The notes below the pieces were generated by a model. That model was not told the origin of the DNA, made no database searches, and saw only the letters and a program-made list of their open reading frames with translations. Source: an uncultured virus (IMG/VR IMGVR_UViG_3300023174_000160) (lineage: Duplodnaviria; Heunggongvirae; Uroviricota; Caudoviricetes). Taken from it: a stretch of DNA of 64,000 bases. Location: IMG/VR virus record IMGVR_UViG_3300023174_000160. One strand, 5' to 3'. Position 1 is the first letter of the stretch, and every line of letters begins with the position of its first letter. The translations under genes and the position numbers were made by a program. Below, piece by piece: positions 37,395 to 44,862 of this stretch.

Positions 37395-37695
37395 CCAGTT
37401 GGATTTGTTGAACGACGAGTTTGATTTGGACGTAATCGACCTGAAAATCCTTATGGTTCTTGCAAACTGTTGGAAAGACGATAGGAAAATCCGCGTAACC
37501 GACATCACTTTGGGCGGTAAAATAGCCTCACCCGCGACACTTCAGAATAGGGTTACTAAGACTCTGGTTGACGCCGGACTCATAGAACTACAAACAAACC
37601 CTGACGACGCGCGAGAAAAGCTGATTGTCCAAGGCCCGCACTACGAGCGGTTCGAGGATTTTCTAAATGACATTTACATGAAAGGCATCACATGA
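37369..37695 (+). CDS. MarR-like winged-HTH protein
   Basis: ASPATLQ...LVDAGLI...PDDAREK. Confidence 0.7.
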   Translation: MDYLKNLTSQLDLLNDEFDLDVIDLKILMVLANCWKDDRKIRVTDITLGGKIASPATLQNRVTKTLVDAGLIELQTNPDDAREKLIVQGPHYERFEDFLNDIYMKGIT

Positions 37696-37880
37696 ACGCA
37701 ACCAATAACGACGGTCTCTTTGATTACGCACCCATTCTTCTCAAGATGGACAAGCTATCCAAAGAACTTCACGAAGCCTGCCTGCATAAGAAGTACGACG
37801 GGGCTTTGGAAATGACTAATGAGATGGTTGTGCAGACTCGCATGCTCCGTGCTTGGTTACTTGACAAAGAGGCCGCATAG
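37692..37880 (+). CDS. Hypothetical protein
   Basis: ATGA-coupled. Confidence 0.6.
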   Translation: MNATNNDGLFDYAPILLKMDKLSKELHEACLHKKYDGALEMTNEMVVQTRMLRAWLLDKEAA

Positions 37881-37883
37881 AAA

Positions 37884-38153
37884 ATGGACGAAAACAGCGT
37901 ATCAAACGAGGTACGCGCTCTGCTGGAGAGGATGGATAATTTTCCGCATGAGTTCTATGGCCCCCGCGCACACTGGCGGGAAGAATTTATGGACACGTTC
38001 TGCAGTGACATGCAAACACCTTTAGCTTTCCTCCTCACAGCAGAGGAATTCGTTCTGTTAAAACAAGCATATAGACGCTTACTGCGTAAATACTTCTCTG
38101 AGGAAGTGGTTGAGAGAATTATCAATCCGACTCAAAGGGGGCTTGAGTATTAG
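37884..38153 (+). CDS. Hypothetical protein
   Basis: Operon packing. Confidence 0.6.
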   Translation: MDENSVSNEVRALLERMDNFPHEFYGPRAHWREEFMDTFCSDMQTPLAFLLTAEEFVLLKQAYRRLLRKYFSEEVVERIINPTQRGLEY

Positions 38154-38214
38154 TTGCCACAACCGCAAAGTATGTAGTACACTCCAAGCAACAAAGTAAT
38201 ATATAGGAGGGTGT

Positions 38215-38826
38215 ATGCGCGGAAAAGACCTTACAGGTAAAACTTTTGGGCGTTGGACAGTTATAAAGAAAGCGCCCCGCACATATCAAACTATGTGGGA
38301 GTGTAGATGTTCTTGCGGAACGGTAAGAAATGTTTCCTACGCAAACTTAGCGAACAGCAAATCGAAGTCTTGCGGGTGTTTGAGAGATGAGCTTAGGCCG
38401 ACGTACGCACGCAAAAGGGATTTCTCTGGATTAAACAACCCAAGAGCTAGGAACAGCGCGAAAGAAAACGGTGGGGTATGGCTGCCGTCATCTAGCGTTT
38501 GGTATAAACGGGCCGCAAGTATATTTCATGGTGCGAAAAACAACGGAATACCCCTAGGATTTAATAGTGCTGCGGAACTAGCTTTGTACATTAAAGATAT
38601 AGCCCCAGCAAAATGCCCCGTGTTTAATGTAGAGTTTGTTGAGCGGGGAAATGGATACAGCAGGTTTTCCCCCAGCGTGGATAAAATAAATCCGAAACTG
38701 GGGTATGTTCGCGGCAATATGCAAGTTATAAGTTTACTTGCTAATTGTATGAAGAGAGATTCAACGGAAGAAGAGCTTAGATTATTCGCTGAATGGGTTG
38801 TAAAAGGACTCAAATGCAAATCGTAA
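38215..38826 (+). CDS. Homing-endonuclease-like protein
   Basis: DLTGKTFGRWTV...CRCSCG...SCGC and CPVF...SVDKI...GYVRGN...ANCMK; GGAGG RBS. Confidence 0.75.
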   Translation: MRGKDLTGKTFGRWTVIKKAPRTYQTMWECRCSCGTVRNVSYANLANSKSKSCGCLRDELRPTYARKRDFSGLNNPRARNSAKENGGVWLPSSSVWYKRAASIFHGAKNNGIPLGFNSAAELALYIKDIAPAKCPVFNVEFVERGNGYSRFSPSVDKINPKLGYVRGNMQVISLLANCMKRDSTEEELRLFAEWVVKGLKCKS

Positions 38827-40625
38827 CCATAGACTTCGAGACATATTATGATAAAACATATAGCCTCAAAAATAAAACTACTGAAGAGTACCTCCGAGAC
38901 CCAAGGTTTGAAGTCATTGGCGTCGCCGTCAAAGTCGGAAACCATCCAACTGACTGGATTAGCGGCACTCACCCCGAAATCCGAAACACGCTGCACGGGA
39001 TTGATTGGTCGAACAAAGCTGTGCTGGCGCACAATACAATGTTTGATGGCGCGATTCTGTCATGGTTGTTCGGCGTTCGCCCAAAAGTTTTGCTGGACAC
39101 TCTCTGCATGGCACGGAGTATTCACGGAGTCGAAGCTGGCGGCTCGCTTAAAGCACTGGCCGAGCGATACGGAATCGGCGAAAAAGGAACAGAAGTAATC
39201 AATGCGCTAGGTAAACGCAGGGTAGATTTTACGGCTGAAGAACTTGCGCGATATGGCGAGTACTGCAAGAACGATGTCGAGCTTACCTATAAGTTGTTTG
39301 AGATTCTGTCGGAAGGCTATCCGAGGCAAGAGCTGAAGGTCATCGACGCTACGCTCAAAATGTTTACTGAACCGGTGCTGGAGCTGGACATCCCGTTGCT
39401 TGAGCAACATCTGCTGGACGTGAAAACTAAAAAAGAAAAGCTGTTAGAGGCAGCGACGGCAGACAAAGATGTCCTGATGTCAAACGATAAGTTTGCAGAG
39501 TTATTGCAGCAGTTGGGAGTTCAGCCCCCGACCAAGATTAGTGCGCGTACTGGCAAGGAAGCATGGGCGTTCGCCAAGACTGATGAAGAGTTCAAAGCAT
39601 TGTTGGAGCACCCCGACGCTAGAGTGCAGACCCTTGTTGCTGCTCGCCTTGGGACCAAGACAACGCTGGAAGAGTCACGAACTGAACGCTTCATCAACAT
39701 TGGCCGCCGAGGATTGATGCCAGTACCCTTGCGATACTATGGGGCTAAAACCGGCCGCTGGTCAGCCGAGGGGTCAATCAATTTACAAAACGTACCACGA
39801 GGGTCTAAGTTAAAGCAATCTATTATTGCGCCTAAAGGGTATGTTTTGGTAGGCGCCGATTTGTCAAACATTGAACTGCGCGTTGGGTTATGGCTGTCCG
39901 GGGAGACAAAACAGCTTCAAGCCTTGGGCGAAGGTAAGGATTTGTATAAAGATTTTGCTTCGCAAGTGTTTGAAGTGCCGTACGCAGAAGTTACAAAAGA
40001 CCAACGCTTTGTGGGCAAGACCAGCCAGCTATCGCTTATTTACGGCACTGGCGCGACAAAGCTACAAACGGCAATTAAAACTATGGCTGGTGTGGATATC
40101 GGCGGGTCGGAAGCCGCTCGGATTGTAGAATTGTATCGTACTCAATACGCCAAAGTGAAATCTACATGGGCGCAAGGCGGGCAGGCACTAAAAGCCATTG
40201 CTTCAAATAATGGCTACGAGTTGGGTTACGAGGGATTTGCTCAAGTGCACGGGCAAAAGGGAATTCGCTTAGCGTCGGGGCTATATCTTCAATACCCAGA
40301 CCTACAAAAACACGAAACAGAAAAGGGTGTCGAGTGGAGCTACGCCTTGCGTCGCGGGCGTGACCGTATTTATGGCGCCAAAGTATTTCAAGGACTAACA
40401 CAAGCAACAGCGCGTTGCATCATGTCCGAGCAACTTGTAAAAATAAACAAGCGATACAAGTGTGTCTTAACCGTGCACGATGCTTTATACGTGCTTGTAC
40501 CTGAAGCGGAAGCGGATGCCGCGCTAGAGTTTGTTTTGGATACTATGCGCACTACGCCAGATTGGATGCCGGGAATTCCTCTCGACGCTGAAGGCGCGTA
40601 CGGTAAAACCCTAGGAGATTGCTAA
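38814..40625 (+). CDS. polA: Family A DNA polymerase with 3'-5' exonuclease
   Basis: Exo DFETY/HN--FD; TGRWS; motif A DLSNIELR, B GKTSQLSLIYG, C VHD. Confidence 0.95.
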   Translation: MQIVTIDFETYYDKTYSLKNKTTEEYLRDPRFEVIGVAVKVGNHPTDWISGTHPEIRNTLHGIDWSNKAVLAHNTMFDGAILSWLFGVRPKVLLDTLCMARSIHGVEAGGSLKALAERYGIGEKGTEVINALGKRRVDFTAEELARYGEYCKNDVELTYKLFEILSEGYPRQELKVIDATLKMFTEPVLELDIPLLEQHLLDVKTKKEKLLEAATADKDVLMSNDKFAELLQQLGVQPPTKISARTGKEAWAFAKTDEEFKALLEHPDARVQTLVAARLGTKTTLEESRTERFINIGRRGLMPVPLRYYGAKTGRWSAEGSINLQNVPRGSKLKQSIIAPKGYVLVGADLSNIELRVGLWLSGETKQLQALGEGKDLYKDFASQVFEVPYAEVTKDQRFVGKTSQLSLIYGTGATKLQTAIKTMAGVDIGGSEAARIVELYRTQYAKVKSTWAQGGQALKAIASNNGYELGYEGFAQVHGQKGIRLASGLYLQYPDLQKHETEKGVEWSYALRRGRDRIYGAKVFQGLTQATARCIMSEQLVKINKRYKCVLTVHDALYVLVPEAEADAALEFVLDTMRTTPDWMPGIPLDAEGAYGKTLGDC

Positions 40626-40626
40626 C

Positions 40627-41292
40627 GTGGCAAAGTACACATGGTCGTACAGTAATTTGAATCTGTTCTTGCAGTGTCCGCATAAGTACTACCGACTGCG
40701 CATTAAGAAGGATATTAAAGAACCTGACAGCGAACACCTGCTGTACGGCAACGCCGCGCATAAAGCCTTTGAAGAGTACATGCAGAATGACACTCCGCTA
40801 CCAGAGAAGTTTTCGCAATACAAGGTACAGCTTGACCCGTTGAAGGCTATTGAGGGCACTCGGTATTGCGAACACAAGCTGGGCCTGCAGGAAAATCTAA
40901 AGCCGTGCGGATTCTTCGACCCGTTGGTGTGGTGGCGCGGTATCGCCGACCTGCTGATTGTGAATGGAGAAAAGGCATATCTTGTGGACTACAAGACAGG
41001 TAAGAGCAGCAAGTACGCCGATAGCAAACAGTTAGAGATTTTATCTTTGGCAGTGTTCAAACACTTCCCCGAAGTCAAGAAAGTAAAGGCGGGCCTGCTG
41101 TTCGTCGTGCCGGAAGAATTTATTAAGTCCAACTACGATAGCGACCAGCAGCACGTGTACTGGATGAAGTGGTTGGAAGACACGAAGCGGTTGGAAGTGG
41201 CTATCGAGAAAGATGTCTGGAATCAAAAACCGAACTTTACTTGTCGTGGGCATTGCCCTGTAGTAGACTGTCCGCACAATGGACGCGCTTAA
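40627..41292 (+). CDS. PD-(D/E)XK exonuclease (Cas4/RecB-like)
   Basis: SYS...CP...GIADL...VDYKTGK...C--CP---C. Confidence 0.85.
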   Translation: MAKYTWSYSNLNLFLQCPHKYYRLRIKKDIKEPDSEHLLYGNAAHKAFEEYMQNDTPLPEKFSQYKVQLDPLKAIEGTRYCEHKLGLQENLKPCGFFDPLVWWRGIADLLIVNGEKAYLVDYKTGKSSKYADSKQLEILSLAVFKHFPEVKKVKAGLLFVVPEEFIKSNYDSDQQHVYWMKWLEDTKRLEVAIEKDVWNQKPNFTCRGHCPVVDCPHNGRA

Positions 41293-41297
41293 TTACG

Positions 41298-41552
41298 ATG
41301 CCTTACACTAAGTCACCACGCCCTTACAAGCATGAATATGAAATGCAGAAAAAGCGTGGGGAGCATGACGACCGTATGGAACGTCAGCGGGCGCGTAGGA
41401 AATTGGATAAGAAAGGCGTTGACCGCAAGGGCAAAGACATCGACCACGTTAAGATGTTGAGCAAGGGTGGTAGCAACGCAGATGGTATTCGTTTGGTATC
41501 CCCGTCCAAGAATCGTGCACGTAATGGGCACAAGAAGGGCGAGAAGAAGTAA
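41298..41552 (+). CDS. Small HNH-like protein
   Basis: DIDH--LSKGG-N...NRARN. Confidence 0.7.
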   Translation: MPYTKSPRPYKHEYEMQKKRGEHDDRMERQRARRKLDKKGVDRKGKDIDHVKMLSKGGSNADGIRLVSPSKNRARNGHKKGEKK

Positions 41553-41626
41553 GCTGTAAAGCGGGTAAGTAGTCTGCTGGAGCCAATCGATACGTCGATT
41601 TGGTTCTATATGCTATTGGGAAAACG

Positions 41627-43174
41627 ATGCAGATAATTGAAGACAAAGGGCTTTTGCTCCGGCTTAAAAACCCCGAGCGAGTCACAGCAGTAATCCCCAA
41701 AAGTAAACTTCTAGATGATGGTTCATTGCTAGTGAAGTGGGGTCTAGAAGAAGCACAAGTATTAAAAAATCTTAGAATCAAGAACGTACCGTCTCCTATC
41801 GAGGCGCACTACGACTGGCCCGGCCTACATAGACCGTTTGCCCACCAAAAGAAAACCGCATCATTCTTGACCCTGCACCGCAAGGCGTTTTGTTTTAACG
41901 AACAAGGCACGGGCAAGACATCGAGCGTCATTTGGGCTGCGGACTACTTGATGAACATAGGGCAGGTCAAACGGGTACTGGTTATTTGTCCGCTGTCTAT
42001 CATGCAGTCAGCTTGGCAGAACGACCTGTTTAAGTTTGCGATGCACCGAACCACCGCGATAGCACATAGCCATTCCAGAGAGAAGCGCATCGAGGCTATC
42101 AAGAGCGGTGCCGAGTTCGTGATTATTAATTTTGACGGCACAGAGATTGTGTTCGACGCACTGGACGAAGCGAACTTTGACTTGATTGTTATCGACGAGT
42201 GCAACGCGCTGAAGAACCCCAACACAAACAGATGGAAAATAATAAATAAGTTAGTAAAACCAAGAACTTGGCTGTGGATGCTGACAGGTACTCCCGCGGC
42301 TCAGTCGCCGATGGACGCATACGGGCTGGCTAAAATGGTCAACCCAAGCGGCGTGCCTAAGTTCTCTGGTGGGTTCAAAGACATGGTGATGCAGCGCGTC
42401 ACTCAGTTCAAATGGGTTCCTCGCCCAAGGTCCGAAGATGTAGTCCACCAAGCCCTGCAACCGGCTATCCGGTTCACTAAGGAAGAGTGCTTGGACCTAC
42501 CGGAGATGACCTACACCACTAGAGAAGTACCGCTTACCCCGCAGCAGAGAAAGTATTACAAGCTAATCAAGCAACAAATGATGGCTACCGCGGCAGGGGA
42601 AGAGATTACGGCGGTCAACGCTGCAGCTACTCTAAACAAACTTCTACAACTGTCTTGTGGCGCCGTGTACTCGGATACTGGCGAGATTGTTGCGTTTGAT
42701 GCTAAGAATAGAGTAGACGCACTAAAAGAAGTTATTGAAGAAGCATCCAATAAGGTCTTAGTATTTGTTGCATATACACATGCTATACATATCATTCATG
42801 AAGAACTAACCAAGGCAGGGATTTCTGCAGAAGTTATCAACGGGAAAGTTCCCGTCACAAGACGCACCGACATATTCAATAAGTTCCAGACCGAGCATGA
42901 CCCGCAAGTTCTAATCATCCAACCGCAAGCCGCAGCACATGGTGTGACTCTTACAGCCGCCAACGTCGTGGTGTGGTGGGGTCCGATTACGTCGTGCGAA
43001 ATCTACATGCAAGCCAACGCCAGAGTGCATCGTTCTGGCCAAAGAAACCCATGTACGGTGGTGCACCTGCAGGGGTCGGAAGTAGAGAAAAAGGTGTACA
43101 CGATGCTGCAAGGGAACATTGACGTTCATTCACGTGTGGTCGATTTGTACAAAAATCTTGACTCTGATGCTTGA
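41627..43174 (+). CDS. SNF2-family helicase
   Basis: QGTGKT, IDE, LTGTP, QANARVHRSGQ. Confidence 0.9.
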   Translation: MQIIEDKGLLLRLKNPERVTAVIPKSKLLDDGSLLVKWGLEEAQVLKNLRIKNVPSPIEAHYDWPGLHRPFAHQKKTASFLTLHRKAFCFNEQGTGKTSSVIWAADYLMNIGQVKRVLVICPLSIMQSAWQNDLFKFAMHRTTAIAHSHSREKRIEAIKSGAEFVIINFDGTEIVFDALDEANFDLIVIDECNALKNPNTNRWKIINKLVKPRTWLWMLTGTPAAQSPMDAYGLAKMVNPSGVPKFSGGFKDMVMQRVTQFKWVPRPRSEDVVHQALQPAIRFTKEECLDLPEMTYTTREVPLTPQQRKYYKLIKQQMMATAAGEEITAVNAAATLNKLLQLSCGAVYSDTGEIVAFDAKNRVDALKEVIEEASNKVLVFVAYTHAIHIIHEELTKAGISAEVINGKVPVTRRTDIFNKFQTEHDPQVLIIQPQAAAHGVTLTAANVVVWWGPITSCEIYMQANARVHRSGQRNPCTVVHLQGSEVEKKVYTMLQGNIDVHSRVVDLYKNLDSDA

Positions 43175-43199
43175 CATTGTAAAGTGAAGGTACTAGAAT
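43171..43199 (+). promoter_or_regulatory. Sigma70 promoter for replication genes
   Basis: TTGACA-N17-TAGAAT. Confidence 0.8.
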
Positions 43200-43224
43200 T
43201 TAGTCGTAACGTTTAGGAGGGTTT

Positions 43225-43614
43225 ATGGAAGCCACTGCTGACCGACTGGTCAAGGTGTACGTAAAAATCCGCGATAAGCGGAGCGAGCTTGCCCAAGAGT
43301 ACGACAAGAAAGACGCCGAACTCAAAGAGCAGCTTGAGATGATTGAAAGAGAATTGCTGGAGATGTGTAAGTTAGTAGGTGCAGATAGTCTGCGTACCGA
43401 GCACGGTACAGTTAGCCGCAAGGTTCATAAGAAGTTTTGGACTAGCGACTGGCACTCGTTTCACAATTTTGTCAAGGAACACAATGCACTGGATTTGTTT
43501 GAGCGGCGCATTAGCCAATTGAACATGCAGCAGTTTCTTGAAGAAAACCCCGACCTCTTGCCTGCAGGTCTTAACGTAGACAGCAAATACACTGTCTCTA
43601 TTCGCCGTAAATAA
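43225..43614 (+). CDS. Conserved replication-module protein
   Basis: AGGAGG RBS; coiled coil then RTEHGTV...DW--F. Confidence 0.75.
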   Translation: MEATADRLVKVYVKIRDKRSELAQEYDKKDAELKEQLEMIERELLEMCKLVGADSLRTEHGTVSRKVHKKFWTSDWHSFHNFVKEHNALDLFERRISQLNMQQFLEENPDLLPAGLNVDSKYTVSIRRK

Positions 43615-43626
43615 GGAGCATATCTA

Positions 43627-44532
43627 ATGTCTGAACTGACTATTTTTAGCCAGAATCTTCCCGCGCACTTGCGCTCCCTGCAACTGGACGATACTACCAA
43701 AGCTATCATGGGCGGCGGCCCTACCAGCAAGCGTATCTCTATCAAAGGTGGCGTGTTCCGCATGATTGTTGGCGGTGAAGAAGTCGCCAAGAACGAAGAA
43801 CGCTCGATGAATGTAGTCATCGTTGCTGCTGCACCGAAGGTGTCCCGTACTTACTACGAAGGCACGTATGAAGAAGGCGTCAAGATGGCGCCGGTTTGCT
43901 GGTCGTCCAATGGCGATAAGCCAGAAGCAGATGCTAAGAACCCGCAGTCCAGTGCCTGTGCGACTTGCCCGCAGAATGTTAAAGGTTCTGGGGCTGGCGA
44001 CTCGCGTGCATGCCGGTTCTCGCAACGGCTGGCTGTGGTGTTGGAGAATGATATCGACGGTAGCGTGTACCAACTGGCTCTGCCGGCAGCGTCTATTTTT
44101 GGTAAGGGTGAGGCCGGGAAGTGGCCCCTGCAAACCTACGCGCAAATGATTGCAAGCAAGGGCGTTCCTATCACGTCGGTAGTTACTGAGATGCGTTTCA
44201 ATACTGCAGCAGCAGTGCCCCAACTGACGTTCAAGCCGGTGCGGTTCTTGGAAACCGACGAGTTCATGGCGGCTGTGGAGCAGGGTAAAACTCCTGATGC
44301 AATTCGTGCAATTACTATGACTGTCTCGCAAAACGATGGTGTAGAATCATCAACCCCCGCCCCGAAACTGGAGAAGCCCAAGGCCGTAGCCGCGCCAAAG
44401 GTTGAGGAGCCGGAAGAAGTTGAAACGGTAGAAGAAGAAGAACCTAAGAAAGTCAGCACCAAGAAAACGCAAGAAGAACCCGCGCCAAAAAAGGATGTAA
44501 GCAAGCTGCTGTCGGAGTGGGATGATGAGTGA
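43627..44532 (+). CDS. Putative ssDNA-binding/annealing protein
   Basis: RISIKGG-FR, C-S--G, CATCPQN, acidic C-terminus WDDE; sits in the replication block. Confidence 0.55.
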   Translation: MSELTIFSQNLPAHLRSLQLDDTTKAIMGGGPTSKRISIKGGVFRMIVGGEEVAKNEERSMNVVIVAAAPKVSRTYYEGTYEEGVKMAPVCWSSNGDKPEADAKNPQSSACATCPQNVKGSGAGDSRACRFSQRLAVVLENDIDGSVYQLALPAASIFGKGEAGKWPLQTYAQMIASKGVPITSVVTEMRFNTAAAVPQLTFKPVRFLETDEFMAAVEQGKTPDAIRAITMTVSQNDGVESSTPAPKLEKPKAVAAPKVEEPEEVETVEEEEPKKVSTKKTQEEPAPKKDVSKLLSEWDDE

Positions 44533-44770
44533 AACGAATACTCGTGGGTATAGCCCAGCTATGGTGACTGCCGTACAAAATGCCGCTACGGATAGTATCG
44601 GAGTTAAGCTGGGCAAGCTGTGCATTGAGAAAAACATCCCAGTAATTGATGTAGCTTCGTTCTTTGGCGTATCTCGGCAGGCCGTATATATGTGGTTCAA
44701 AGGTCAGGCCAAGCCTAAGGCTAGCTATCAAGAAAAGATGAACAAGCTAGTAGCCAAGCTGTCGGCGTAA
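44522..44770 (+). CDS. Cro-like HTH protein
   Basis: VASFFGVSRQAVYMWFKG. Confidence 0.75.
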   Translation: MMSETNTRGYSPAMVTAVQNAATDSIGVKLGKLCIEKNIPVIDVASFFGVSRQAVYMWFKGQAKPKASYQEKMNKLVAKLSA

Positions 44771-44778
44771 TAAGTTTC

Positions 44779-44836
44779 GGAAGGGGTTGGGTTTTTATCA
44801 ACAAGGGGTTGTCGGTAGAGCAGCTCAATCCCTTCC
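44779..44836 (+). other. Long G-U-rich RNA hairpin before the primase gene
   Basis: GGAAGGGGTTGGGTT pairs with AGCTCAATCCCTTCC, plus an inner stem. Confidence 0.65.
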
Positions 44837-44862
44837 ACCTACTATCAGCGTGCGGGAAGTAA

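Noticed and set aside
37859..37890. ACTTGACA as another promoter
   Set aside because: There is no -10 element at 16-18 bp
40627..41292. Cas4 as evidence of a CRISPR system
   Set aside because: It is a stand-alone phage exonuclease in the replication block
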